Source: Camelus dromedarius (Eukaryota). From it: a stretch of 64,000 nucleotides of DNA. Both the position numbers and the translations under genes were made by a program. Position 1 is the stretch's first letter. Each line of letters starts with the position of its first letter. The notes under the pieces are model-generated. The model saw only the letters and a program-made list of their open reading frames with translations, searched no databases and was not told the origin of the DNA. The DNA is taken from assembly GCF_036321535.1 (NCBI RefSeq), contig NC_087472.1, positions 99,326,001-99,390,000 on the forward strand, written 5' to 3'. Below, piece by piece: positions 13,427 to 26,140 of this stretch.

Positions 13427-14267
13427 GCCTGCTACCAAGAATTGTCCTCCAGTAAGAAATTGGCTGCCTTCTTCAGAAGGAATCTAACCAGACCACTTCT
13501 CTCTAAGGGAATTTGGCCAGCTGCCTGGCAGAGCGCCTCTGTGAGCCTCAGTGCCGGTCCAAGGTCACAATAGAAAGATGTCTACATCATAGCAAGCTAT
13601 CTGGGAAAAGGTAGTGCTAAAAGCTAAATCTCCACCTAGAGTCAAAACCAATAATATGCGGGTGTTGGCCTGAATTGTTACTGCTCCCACCTTGTTTTAG
13701 CTGAAATAATTTGATGTAGCCCTTAGCTCTGTTATCTCATTAGGAATGTATGAACTTGATCTGCAAAATAAAACTGAAGGGAAGACAATTTGCACTACTC
13801 ACCTCACTGGAGTCCACAGTTTTGGTGCAATATTTTCCATGGAGCTAGGTTTCCCATCACTTTCCAGAGTAATTTCCAGTTATGGTGACACAATTATTCT
13901 TGCAGTTTAAAAAGCCATTTCATGAAAAAATTTTGGGGTCATGACATGCTCAGAGAGCTCTTGAAATCGAATTAACAGAGTGAATTGGGGCCCTTGTCTT
14001 TCCAAATTAATCAAAGAAGACCTACTTCCCCTCCATTATAACAAAATACTCCAAAACTCATTTTTTTCCCTTGCCGAGGATGTATTGGCCCCATTCAAAA
14101 ACATCACCCACCCAGTCTATAAAACTCCAGGAAAGAGCTCTGCTTTCGTTCAGTTCCACCACTTACCAGTTTCTCAAATATATATCACACACATATACAT
14201 ACATACATGTCTAATTGCATGCAAAAAATTGAAATGTTGGTCAAAGTTATCATTATATGTCAATTAT

Positions 14268-14525
14268 CTTATTCACTGTGACAAATACTTATTTAGCATA
14301 AACGTGCCAGACACTGTGCTAAATGCTAAGCTGGTAAAGGAAAATGAGACGTGTGTCCCACCTTCAGGTTGCTCACAGATCATTCACTGGGAGAGATGGA
14401 CCTGAATTCAAATAAATTATAGTAGGACTGTGGCATACAGATAAAAGAAGAATGAGTTTGGGAAAATCACATTGAGAAAGTGGCATTTTATTTGAAGTTT
14501 AAAGGATGAGTATACATTGTCTGGT
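14268..14525 (-). mobile_element. L2 3' fragment
   Basis: attcactgtgacaaatacttatttagcataaacgtgccagacactgtgctaaatgct is the reverse of the L2 3' terminus. Confidence 0.6.
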
Positions 14526-14571
14526 AACTGGGTAGTGAAATTAATATCCCAATTTATAGAATAATCAATGA

Positions 14572-14856
14572 TCACTAGAGGTAAAGGGGGGAGGTATAGA
14601 TGAGAAGTTTGGGATTAACAGATACACATCACTATATATAAAACAGATAAACAACAAGGACCTACTGTATAGTACAGGGAACTATTTTTGGTTTCTTGTG
14701 ATGAGCTGTAATGGAAAAGAATCTGAAATATATAAATATGTATTACTGAATCGCTTTGCTGTACACCTGAAACTAACATTGTAAATCAACTACACTTCAA
14801 TAAAAATAAGAATTTTTTAAAGAGTTACATTTAAAAAGTAAACTATAAAAAAAAGG
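14572..14856 (+). mobile_element. younger L1 3' end (cetartiodactyl type)
   Basis: gtttgggattaacagatacacatcactatatataaaacagataaacaacaaggacctactgtatag...tgtaaatcaactacacttcaataaaaa; TSD ataatcaatga at 14561-14571 and 14857-14867. Confidence 0.9.
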
Positions 14857-15750
14857 ATAATCAATGAATCTCCCTTTCAAAATTCAGAGGGGTCACTGTT
14901 TTCCAAGATAAATTAGTTCTGAAGCTTGTCATATAAAATACCTAATCAAAAAAAACATAGGTAATAAACATTTTTGGCATCTAAAGCCAAGTCTTGCTCA
15001 GAAAAAAAAAAGGGAAAAGACTTGATACAGTGTAAATAGTGATAAAAGAAAGGAGAAAATTATAATTATATAGACCTTATTGCTTTCTACCAAATTATTT
15101 TTTTACTCAATCAAGTTAACATTTACTGAACACTTAACAGAAGCCATGTGTGGCAGTGATATTCATGATGAAGAAGAGTAGTTGTGTATGCAAAATCTAA
15201 ATTTTGAAACTTGAGAACAAAACCGCTGGCAATGAAAGCCATTTTTTAAAAAGGAAAAAGAAATGATATCAATAGAATTGTTTGATACATTGCTTGTATT
15301 TTCTTTCACCAAAGACTTCTTGCAGCAAAAATTAAATAATTCTCTAGAACACAAACTGGAAGCACCCCAAGGATGGCAGGTACATTAGTAAATGTAAGGA
15401 GCACTCCCACCTCAAGGGAGTCTGCCGCCTGAGTAGTTCCAGACTATGGAAGATGGATTAGGCATTGCTGACAACCATGAAATTGATGTAGCTAGAGAAT
15501 GATTCAAGCATAAGAGTCACAGTCATAGTCATGGGATTTAGAGATGGAAGGAAATCCACTCATCAGGAACAGACGGTTGTTTGTCAAACACTCATCCAAT
15601 TTAAATAGCTCTTCCTGTACTGATACCATAGGTCAGGATTAAAGCATCGGGGGAAAACCTGGCGTGCAGACCCACAAGCACAAGGTAGGCAAGGGCAGGC
15701 CGCCTATCTGAGCTGAAGTGATTTCAGGACTCCCTACCATTAACACACCC

Positions 15751-15806
15751 AGCGTGTGTGTGTGCGCGTGCGAGCGCACACATACACACACACACACACA
15801 CACGCT
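15751..15806. repeat. compound (TG)n/(CG)/(CA)n microsatellite forming an inverted repeat
   Basis: agcgtgtgtgtgtgcgcgtgcgagcgcacacatacacacacacacacacacacgct; the 14-bp ends are exact reverse complements. Confidence 0.9.
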
Positions 15807-15924
15807 TATCCACATACCCATACAGTCTTACTCTAAATCTCAAAAGTACAGCCTGGAAGCGCGTATAGAATCATTACAGTTTAACCCCCCCCCCCCCCAA
15901 AAAAAAAAAAACCGCTCTGTGGCA

Positions 15925-16320
15925 CATCTACACCACGAAATAGTACCCAGCAAGAACAAGGAGTGACTAACAGTGCGGACGACAGCACGGATGGATCTCA
16001 TAGGCCTTCTGCTAAGTGAAGCCACTCTTGCAGGTCACATTCAAAGTATGATTCCATTTACATGACCTTCTGACAAAAGCAAAAGTGGAAGGATGGAGAC
16101 CAGATCTGCAATTACCCAGGCTTCAGGTGTGGAGAGCAGGGTTTTGCAAAGGGGCAGCCCAAGAGGTGTTTTGTTTTGTTTTGTTTTGTTTTTGAAGTGA
16201 TAGAAATATTCTGAATCCTGACTGTGGTGGTGGTTAAACAAACCTATTCCTGTACGTGTGGTAAAGCTCTTAGAACCGTACATCGCAAAACGCTGTAAGA
16301 TGGCAATTTAAAACCTTTTA
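15925..16320 (+). mobile_element. old L1M 3'UTR fragment
   Basis: gatggatctcatagg..ctaagtgaagcc..tatgattccatttacatgac..aaaagcaaaa and later atcctgactgtggtggtggtta. Confidence 0.7.
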
Positions 16321-17109
16321 AGATGATGCATGTCACTACCAAAAAGAAAAGAGAGATGTATATTTAGCTACAATCTTGAAGGGTAATCAGATTCCCCTAC
16401 TCCCCCCAAATCTGATTTATATAAAGTGAGAGGGAAGGAAGATTAAGAAGGCATTTGGGGCACCTGGAGGTGGATTTGCAGAGGACGTGATGCGTGGGAA
16501 AGGAAAGGCATGGGCGAGGAGAGGGTAAAGAGCAAAGAAAATGGAGTCGGAGAAACCGGGGAGCTTTCTGACATCTCCATTTTGCCCGGGGAACAATTCT
16601 GTGACTCAGAACTGTAACAGCAGCAATTCCAAAAATTGAGCAGGTGAGATGATACTTTGTAGAACCAATTACACAGCCTCCAATTTTTGTTCTTCAAGAA
16701 ATAGAGGCTGGGAAGAAGAGAGCTGAATTAAAAGGGAGGAACGGTGCGGGGGGGGGGGGGGAGCAAACTAAAAGCAGAGAATATGTTCCCCTAAGCACTT
16801 TACAGTGAATATTGCTTTTCGCCTTGAGTGTAGAGCAAAGATGAGTTGGCTCTCTGTGAAAGGTAGCGCTAAGATCGCCTGCCTGACCACAGGATGTCCT
16901 GCCTTTGCCGAGTGAACCATACAGCCTCTTGTCAATTCTCAGCCCTTGCAAGAAAATTATCAATCTACTTACTTCCGCTTTGGCAAGAGGCTGGTTTTGA
17001 CAAAGACAAATAATCATCATCAATTAAACAAGCCTTCCGTACTTTAAGTCTCTCAGGTGAGTCATGTGTATTCGGGAGCATCCGTCTATCCCACATCTAA
17101 TTCTAAATC

Positions 17110-17290
17110 AGTGATTCTTAACCGGGTGATGCCCTCCACGGGACACTTGGCAGTGTCAGGAGATATTTTTGGCTGTTACAACTGGGGAGGGGACATTCCT
17201 GGCATCTAGTGTGTGATGCCGCTAAACATCCTACTATGCACAGGACCGGCCCCAAAGATCAATAGTACCAGGATTGGAAAGCTGTTCTCA
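17110..17290 (+). mobile_element. MER20 (hAT-Charlie)
   Basis: cagtgattcttaaccggg...gggacacttggcagtgtcaggagatatttttggctgttacaactgggg...ctggcatctagtg...gctaaacatcctac. Confidence 0.8.
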
Positions 17291-19029
17291 AAGTAGTAGT
17301 AATACTTCAAAATTTTCCGTTTCCTAATTTATCTGCCGCCTTTTCCTGAAATAACTTTTACACATTAGAGGTTTTGCTAATACATGTGTGATGTGGCTGG
17401 GGGTCTGGTTGGGTTTCTTGACTTCACCACTTAAGCTGCTGATGACCACAGGAAGCTGCGAACTAAATACAGTTGCTCTGACTTGAAAACCAAGGCACTG
17501 TGAGATGGCAAGCTCGTCCGCGTATGCTAAGTGCTTTTTCCACATTTGGTACTTTTTATGGGGCATATAAAACCCACGCTGCTTTCTCAAGATCACACAA
17601 AGATCAATCAGTTGTTCTCCATGGAAACGTCACCCAGCTCAGGGCAAAGCCAAGCCGATGTGCCACCACTGGGAAGGGACAGTACTTCTTGTTTCAGAGG
17701 CTAATGACGGATAAGATGATGAGTATTTTCATGCCTCCTCGAAGTTTAAAAAGCATGACTTGTTTTCTTTTCAATGTAATAGCCAGAGCATTCTGTTAAT
17801 TTGCGCTTTGTCACTGTAGACCAGAATCTGAACAAACCTAGCAAAATCACGAAGCCCCCTCTGCACCCCCTTTCCTGTCCTCATCACCTCTCTTTCTTAA
17901 AGCGGCCCCTGTCCTCAGCTGGGCAATGACGAATTCTTTCTAACCTGAATGGAGATGAGCAAATTCTCTGCATCCTCCCGAGACACAACGAATAGCAGGC
18001 AAAGTAAACCCAAATCACATCTCTTTCAGTGGAGCTTTAATAGAAACTTAAGTTGCCATTCACGCTCGAATGAATTCTTTCTATACATGCCGAGCCTTCT
18101 TTTTCCTGCCTCACAGACACTTGGGTTTTTCAGACATTTTACTCCTGCCTCTTTCACCCCCTGTCCCATCCAGGCTCAAAGCATCAGCACAAAGGTACAT
18201 TATGCTGCTGTCTGGGCTCCTTCTTCAGTGTCTTGTAAAGAAAGACAGCAATGAATGGTGTCGAGCATAAATGGAGACAGGTGTGCCACACCTTGCCTTC
18301 CATCTCGTATCTGACATTTTCAAACACATAATAGAAAAACTGTGCTCTAACAGGGCCCAATTTGTTGCCATTTCTAAACTGCCTAAAGCGCTAGGCGGAT
18401 GACTAACAGCTCTAGCTCATTTCTTCCATCTCTGCATTATTATGAGAGCAATACATTCACTGGGGATGACAGGGACATTTATTCAAGGACCACCTGCCCC
18501 CAAAGGCCTAATGTTCTATGTAGAGTCTCTTTCCTATAAAAGGAGTAACATTGCAGCCTGCAATTTACAGCCACCTTACTATGATGAGCTCTAGAGGCTG
18601 CTTGAATTTATCTCATAGTGAAGTTATATCCGAAGAGAAGGATCACCTAAAACACAGTTCTGGCTGGAAATTTCAGTTGCCAGGGATTTGGGGGTGTAGG
18701 GTAGCTGCTGCGAAATATGTGTATTAAATCAGTAAACAGTGCGCCTCCCATTCTAGGTTCTATGGCAGGTTTACGACAACCTGCCTTCAAGCAGTTTAAG
18801 ATACCACTGAAAACATAAGACAAATGTACACACACCAAAGGAAAAAAAAAAACCCACTAAAACTAAATGAGAGCACTACAGATGTATATATTTCACTTAC
18901 TGCAAATTCTATATGATGGTGGTTAAGCCTCCAATCAAAAAAAAAGTCCAACTTCCTTTTGGGAGATTCAAAGAATATGATATCCAGATGACATCAAACA
19001 CAAATCAAGTGCGGGTTTTCTGAAGATGT

Positions 19030-19141
19030 CGAGGTTTGGCAGCCATATGTGGATGATTTCTAGAGTGGTCCCAATTTCAAATATTTTAGCATCTTGCCAG
19101 ATCTGGTGCTGATTTTCAGTTCAGAAAATATGGTCACAATA
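19030..19141. mobile_element. MER94-like (hAT-Blackjack) fragment
   Basis: gtcccaatttcaaatatt...tcagaaaatatggtcaca resembles the MER94 terminus. Confidence 0.4.
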
Positions 19142-19454
19142 CATAGAGTGAAGGCTTGGGTTCCCATCAGTAAGCTGTCTCCAAATCTCACTGGAGGAGG
19201 AATTTCCTAGACAAAGACTTCTAGCAGTAAGGAATCCCAACTTGAGTGGATGATTGTCTCAAGGAAAGAAGGGAGCGCTCGCTCTTTTTGCCCTTCCATT
19301 TTGAGAGGTGCTTCTCACGTTTGAACCTTTGGGCCCCCCAAAATCGACTACATTACCTATCATCATGGTAAGGACACTGAAAGCATGAGAAATAATGCAT
19401 TTTTGCAAGCAATGTACTTAAAGAGCAACAACCCTCAGACACAATAAAGACACT

Positions 19455-19485
19455 GTTTTGTTTTGTTTTGTTTTGTTTTGTTTTT
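19455..19485. repeat. (GTTTT)n simple repeat
   Basis: gttttgttttgttttgttttgttttgttttt. Confidence 0.9.
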
Positions 19486-20899
19486 AAAGCAAGGAATATT
19501 TTTATCCTGGTCAGGCTCTGACATTTATGTGGGGATATGTAAAATGGATTCTTCTCCAATTAGCCCCACAGCTCCTGACCCGAGGTTATGCTTTATAAAG
19601 GAAGCGAAGAGAGTCGGAACTTGGAGGGAAGGATGGATGCCTCCAGCCCAGTACATCCACTGAAAACATCCCAATGTGAGAGAGCTTCTATATTGTCTCC
19701 ATGAACAATTTCTTTTTCACATCTCTTGATTTTCTTTCTCTGAGTGGAGGATTTTCAAAAGAACCATTGGGTCAATGACAAATTCACAGAAAATTCTTCA
19801 AGCCACTTGTTCTGTCAGTGTGTATAGACTCCTTTAATTCTCAAATGACTGTCTTCGGCAACCATCCTGTTGTTATGAGTTAAGCTTATTGATGTGTGAT
19901 GAATAAATTGCACCCATTGGTTATTGTCAGGAACAGAGTTAAATTACATGTCTAAACTGGCATTCCTTCCTTAAACCTTATTGTTAAATGAAGCGTGAGT
20001 GATAGAACTATGAAAGTCCTTCCTGACTCGGAGTAGAGTAAAATAGAAAACAATTTCTAGATTATTGACCCCTTATAGCATAGGAGGAAAAATCCCCGGC
20101 ATCTCCAAAATGTCAGAAGGCCTTCTGGAGACTCTCTTCTCTTAGGACTAGGTCTCTTCCCTTCTCTATCACCTAAAAGCTAATATTTCTATGTAAGACC
20201 AATGATTAAATGCTTGAGCTCCATTGGAGAGGCGGATTAAGATAAGAATGAACTCATGCGTGGAGTTAGAAATGGATAACTGAAGCATACACAGGCTGAG
20301 CATCTCTCTCAATGCCGCCTGCCTTCATGGGGCGAACCCTGCTCTAGTCCTTCACAGCCTACTGTGATTCCTTACTCTTTTCCTCGTGACTTTTAATGGG
20401 AACAGAAAAATAGAAGAAAAACGTTCCAATCCACAGTCCTGTTAACGAGGATTCAGTCCAATTCAAGACTTTGTATAAATTATTACACATTAACTACATC
20501 TTACATCAATATATTTGAAATGGGAAATGAAAATTTTGTAAAAGCAGGTTTATGGATTTTTAAATAGTTACTGATTGCTTACCAGATGAACTTGACTTCT
20601 AAAAATCCACTTGATAACTCACCTATACCCCCAACACATTTTTGTTCTGTTGTCTGGAATATTTAGGAATTGAAACTGTTTATTTATTCAACAAACTATT
20701 CATTCAAGTAACATTTACAGAGTTTCTGCTATCTAAACGAGACTCAATTCTTCATCTTAAGGAGCTCAGTCTAAGGCAGAAATTTTCTCTAAGGTCAAAA
20801 AGAGTCATAAAGAAAATTTAAATCATTCAGTAATGTTATTGTTATACATAAGTGATATCCTTTTTCAGAAACTAATTTTTAATATAAAACAATTCTATT

Positions 20900-22260
20900 A
20901 AGAATCAAGATTTTCACAGTAAGAGAAAAATCAAAAGAAATTTAAAAATAGTGATGTTAAAGTTAATTGGATGTCATTTGTAAAAAATATATATGCATAT
21001 AAAATTAAAATGCATAAAAATGCCCTAGAAGCAATGTCACCCCAATCATCATTCAAAACCTTGAAACTTTTTTGTTTCCATGACCCATTCCTCAGTCAAA
21101 GGAACTCGGGCTCCTTGGAGAAATGGCTGATTCCAGGCCTGGGGCAGAGAGGGCACAATTATATTCTGAGGCACCTTTTGGGCAAGCAAGAAAGGGAGCT
21201 TTTGAAGATTAATTGGGTCACGTCAAAAGGACACAGGAGCCAGATTGAAAGTGCCCCGCCTACTGGGTAAAGTTGTGACAAATTAGCATCATAAAGAACA
21301 ATGTATTTATTTGAAATGTATTGAATCTCTGAAAAGTCCATATATCAAAAAAGAGAAAGCCAGAAAAAAATCCATTTGGCACCATTAAGGGCACCTTTTA
21401 AACTGACTCCTTCCTTTGAAAGTTGATGATTAAAGGAAAATTATTAAGCATTTATCCTGGAAAGGTAGCCAAATAGCTCCAGTTGATAAAAGACAACTCT
21501 TCATTTCATAACGATGCCAGTTAATACATGTAAAAGGAATACTAGAATTACACAATCATTATTTTGCAGCCCCCAAATAAATTATTGATTTGGGCAAGGA
21601 TTATCCATTGATGTTAAAAAAAAAAAAAAAACCTATTAGGGTATTGATTGATGAGGAATGAGGCATTCATGTGGTGCCAAAAAAAACCAAGCAGTCTTCG
21701 AACTCTGGTCTTACAAAGTAAAACTTAAGTGTCTGGCAGAGGGATCAAGCTGTCATCACTTTAATCTAGGGTTAAGTCCCTGCATCACCAATGGTAGAAC
21801 AAGCAGATATCACATGTCACCTGATGTGACGCGTTATAACATACCCATCATCTATGATGAATTCGTGCAGCAAATATTTAACGTGTACCCATCAAGCTTT
21901 TGGAGCCAATTTCCACTTTACAGGAAATACAGCCAAATACAGCAAAGTGACACCACAGGGAAGCAACCACACAAATCCAGAAAGTGAAATATTTTTATGG
22001 GCAACTTGCCCATCAGTAAGTCAAGGTCATGAAAAAGAGACTGTTTGGGAATAAAAGAGACTTAAAGGAAATAACCACATGCAGTGGGTGGTCCTGTAGC
22101 GGATTCTGAGGCATTAAAGAGCATTTTGGAAGCAACTGGGGAAATTTGAATATTGACTGGATAGTAAATTAAGTGACCATAATTATAGCTTAAAGTGTGA
22201 TAGTTATTTTGCCCAAGGTGATTTTTCAGAGATGCATGCTCAGTAGCTTATTTAAAGTGG
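20900..22260 (+). mobile_element. old L1MC-type 3'UTR
   Basis: ggaactcgggctccttggagaaatggctgattccaggcctggggcag and aactggggaaatttgaatattgactggata are L1MC4/5-like blocks; boundaries approximate. Confidence 0.75.
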
Positions 22261-22284
22261 TGTGCAGCACAAGCCAAGCCTAGA

Positions 22285-22445
22285 ACTAAGTGTGGTCCAG
22301 GAGCCAGCAACATTGGCATCATCTGGGAGCTTGTTAGGAACACAGGCTCTCAATCATCAACACAGACCTACTGAATGAGGGTCTGCATTTCAACAAGATC
22401 CCCTGGGGATTTCTCTGCATACTGCAGTTTGAGAAGCACAGTTGT
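22285..22445 (+). mobile_element. MER5A-like
   Basis: cagcaacattggcatcatctgggagcttgttagga...gtctgcatttcaacaagatcccctggggatt...gtttgagaagcac. Confidence 0.75.
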
Positions 22446-22895
22446 ACTGCCTGTTTCTTGCTACATGGGAAACCACCGAAGAACGCTGTGACGGGGATGT
22501 CGATCGCTTCTCCCCCCAGCTCCCAGTGCACTGATGTGCCCCGTTGCATTCCCAAATGGACTGGGACCTGGCCCCTTAGTCCACAGGACTCAGCCTCTAG
22601 TTTATCCACCGACCTCCTTCACTCTCCCCCTGTCTTATAACTGCTCCTAGTGGCTCCCAGTTTTCAACTCCAGGGTTAAGGAGAGTCTGGTCAGAAGAGG
22701 TGGTACTGTACTCAGTGGAGTGAAGCAGTCATCCACTGAATATGGAAAATTCTCCCGGGGGAGGAGGAGGGATAGTGCCCTCTGTGACTCATTTCTGTCA
22801 CATCCCTTCCCTTCTCACCCAGGTTCTGTTTAGTTCAAAGTGAGCTGTGCAAGTCCCCTCTTAATCTTTTCTAAGACTTAGGACCTTCCCATACT

Positions 22896-23326
22896 GGTAT
22901 ACTGGTTTTAACAGTGCCCCTGCCCCCACCAAATTCAGATCCACGCAGAGAATCAGAATGTGATCATATTTGGAGATAGCTTTGCAGTTGTGATCAAGTT
23001 AAGATGAAGTCACACTGAATGAGGGTGAGCTCTAAATCCACTCTGACTACTGTCCTTATGAGAAGCGGGCGATTTGGACACAAACACGCACACAGGGAGA
23101 ATGCCATGTGAAGATGGACAGAGATTGGAGTGATGTGTCTACAAGCCAAAGAATGCCAAGGACCGCCGGCAGAGGCGAGGAGAGGTCCTCCCCTAAAGCC
23201 TTCAGAGCCTTACCCACACCCTGATTTCAGACTTCTAGCCTCCAGAGCTGTGCAAGAACAATTCCTGTTGTTTTAAGCTACCAAGTTTATGGTGCTCTAT
23301 TACAGCAGTCCTAGGAAACGAATACA
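22896..23326 (+). mobile_element. MLT1B/C-like MaLR LTR
   Basis: cagaatgtgatcatatttggagatag...gccatgtgaagatggacagagattggagtgatg...gacttctagcctccagagctgtg...aaacgaataca. Confidence 0.85.
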
Positions 23327-23371
23327 CTGGGCAACCCTCCCATCCTAAACTCAAAAGGAAGAATACGATTA

Positions 23372-23770
23372 CTAGTTAACATTTCTCAAGTGTTTATTGT
23401 GAGCAGGACACTGAACTAAGCACTTTAAATGCAGTTATCTAATTTAATTCTAAACTAATCCTATAAATTAGAGTGGGGAGGGTATAGCTCAGTGATAGAG
23501 TGCATGCCCAGCACACACGAGGTCCTGGGTTCGGTCCCCAGTACCTCCATTTAAATAAATAAATAAATAAAAACCTAATTACCTCCCCCCAAAATAAAAA
23601 TAAAATAATCCTATAAATTAGATAACTTTATCCTCCATCCTGCAGATTAGAAAACTGAACCTGAGGGAAATCAAACACCTTGTATAAATTTATAAAGTTA
23701 ATAAACGGCAGAGTGGGATTTAATGGATCTGTCGGATTCCACAGTCCACACACTTAATCCCCATGCTGTG
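23372..23770 (-). mobile_element. MIR, split by a vic-1 SINE
   Basis: aacatttctcaagtgtttattgtgagcaggacactgaactaagcacttta ... atcctccatcctgcagattagaaaactgaacctgag. Confidence 0.65.
23473..23605 (+). mobile_element. tRNA-derived SINE, camelid vic-1 type
   Basis: ggggagggtatagctcagtgatagagtgcatg...ggtcctgggttcggtccccagtacctcc; A-box-like 23485-23495, B-box-like 23528-23538; (TAAA)n, cctaattacctcccccc, A-rich tail; perfect 17-bp TSD taatcctataaattaga at 23456-23472 and 23606-23622. Confidence 0.92.
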
Positions 23771-25149
23771 AAGGTCAAGATGAAAATAGGGTCCTATTTT
23801 GACCGGGATTTTTCAATGTTGCATGTCCCGTGATCATCCTTCACACGGATTTGTTATTTCCCAGCCAGAAGGCAGCATAAGCCAAGGGCCCTGAAAGACT
23901 AGGGACCCCGGGACACGCAGAAGGCCACAAGTGCTGGTCTTTTGGTTACCCTGTCTAGCAAAGAAGTGACTTCTTTATTCTTACTGATGTCTCTATTGTT
24001 TCTGAACACAGCTCACATCACAAGTGAAGCTAAAATAGCTTTCAGTCAGCTCTATCCTATTAGATACTCAAAATATTCAGTCTTTTATTCTCGTTAGGAC
24101 AGAGAGAAAGCTAAAAAAAAATATGATCCAAACCATACATTACTGTTGCCTAGGTGAAAAACGCCCGAGTTAAATAGCAGAAACTAGCGGAAAGCCAGAA
24201 AGCTTGGTTTAAAACACACCGATATTTTTATTCAATTGCCTCTTTGTTTCTCCGGCAAAACCCAGAGACAAGTCCTCACCACTATCAGGAGCTCCATCTG
24301 GGGAAAGAGGCGGCTAAGGAGCAGGTCAAAGTTACCTTTGAGTGATTAGCAACTTAGACGTGGTGAATTTAGTGTTCCGGTAGCCTCAAGATTTTATGAG
24401 AATTCTAAGCTTTTCAATTACTACTACTTACGTGTCTAAATAACAAGTAAACCTATTTTATAAGAATCCTAAAATGATTAAAGTGCTTTTTCTCGGGTCA
24501 GGAGGGTATTTTTGTTTTCAGTGCTAGAGCCCAATAAGGTAGGGGAATTAATCACAACTTGAAGCCAGAAATACTTGGGTTTTCCTTTGTTTAACTGATT
24601 TTTCTTTTTTTTTTTTTTTTTTTTTTAACCATTTTAACAAACATCTCCTTGACCTCAAGTTCTCGAGGCAGCTCTATTATGTTTCCAACTCCTGCTTTGG
24701 GGCTCGTGTAGCCTATTCAATTAGCCTGTGGTGTGGCAGTGGGGTGGGCAAGGGGGGATCATGATGCTAGAGTCAGTCCTCACCTAGGTTACATTTTCTT
24801 TCTTTCTTTCCACTTACATAGAGCTTTAGACTTTCAAATCTATTATTGTATTTGGTTTTCACACTACAGATAAGAGGTAGGCAGAAAAGGTGTTACTGTG
24901 GTGGCCTTTTGCAAAAAGAGAGCTTGTTATGAGGTTCGAGCAAGCCAGCTTTGGGACTCAGACACTCTTGACCAAAGAAAAGGAAGAGCCCGTTCCACCC
25001 ATAGGCTTTGGGAGGAACTGACATAAGGAGGAAAGGGACGCCCACTTCGCCAGTCACATCAGTGGAAACAATCCTGGCAACCCGTTCAGTAACAGATGCT
25101 CCAGCCAGATGGCCCTTTCATTCATTCTGCACCTGAGGAAACTGAGGCC

Positions 25150-25935
25150 CATTCACTCAACAAATTCATTTGACAGATGTTTATTGAACAGTCTGTTTGG
25201 GATACAGCATGTTGAGTTGCATTTTAATGAGAGAAGTGGACAATGACCAAATATATAAGTGCCTGGAAGAAAAGGTAGGGTAGGGGGATAAAGGATCGGG
25301 TGCTATTTTCAATAAAGCAGCTAAGGAAGTCTTCTCTAAAAGGCCATTCAAGCAGATCGCTGAAGGCAGTGAGGGAATGAGCTTGTGGATATCCAGGGTA
25401 AGTATATTCCTCTTAGGGTGAATGGCACGTGCAAAGGCTCTGAGGCAACAAAATACTTGGAGCGTTAAGCAGCTGGGAGGCCTGCATGGCTGAGCAGACC
25501 CTGGAAGGGAAGAGTGAAAGGAGTTGAGATCAGTCACGTGGTGGGGATGGGCTAGGGGCAGGGGATTTTATGTAGGGCCTCAGAAGCCATGATACGCATT
25601 CTCAATTGCTTTCTAAATGCAGTGGGAAACCATTGCAGGTTTTGGACAGGGCACTGACATCAACTGACTGGCACTTTTAAAGGATCACTCCAACTGCTAT
25701 GTTGAGAACAGACTGTCAACAGGACAAAGGTGAAAGGAAGGATACTGGTCCAGGCAAGAGATGACAGTGGGAAAAAGAGAGATGATGGTGACTTGGACCA
25801 GTGGTGGTGATGAGAAGACATCAGAATCAGAATGTTTTTCTAAGAGAGAGCTTTAGAGGATTACTGAAGAATTGGAATGGAAGTATGAAAGAAAGAGAGG
25901 AATCAGGAGATATGCCAGGTTGGGGACCGAATAAT
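25150..25935 (-). mobile_element. L2 (L2a-like) fragment
   Basis: attcactcaacaaat...tttattgaac; gcaaaggctctgaggc; gggaaaccattgcaggttttggacagg; ttttaaaggatcactccaactgctatgttgagaacagactg. Confidence 0.85.
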
Positions 25936-25964
25936 TGAGTAAACTACAATCCCTTCATTTAGAT

Positions 25965-26140
25965 CAAGGGACAGCAAACTTTTTCCTGTAAAGGGCCAGA
26001 TGGTAAATGTCTTCAAGTTTACAGGCCAGGCCATCTCTGTGGGAATGACTCAGCTCTGCTGTGGGGTGTGGTGTGAAAACAGCCTTAGATAGTAAGTAAA
26101 TGAGTAGGCATGGCTATGTTCCAATAAAACTTCATAAAAC
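25965..26140 (+). mobile_element. MER58A-like (hAT-Charlie)
   Basis: cagcaaactttttcctgtaaagggccagatggtaaat...ggctatgttccaataaaactt. Confidence 0.8.

Noticed and set aside
23473..23550. tRNA-like sequence with A and B boxes (also 58540-58610)
   Set aside because: It is the head of a SINE with tail and TSD, not a tRNA gene
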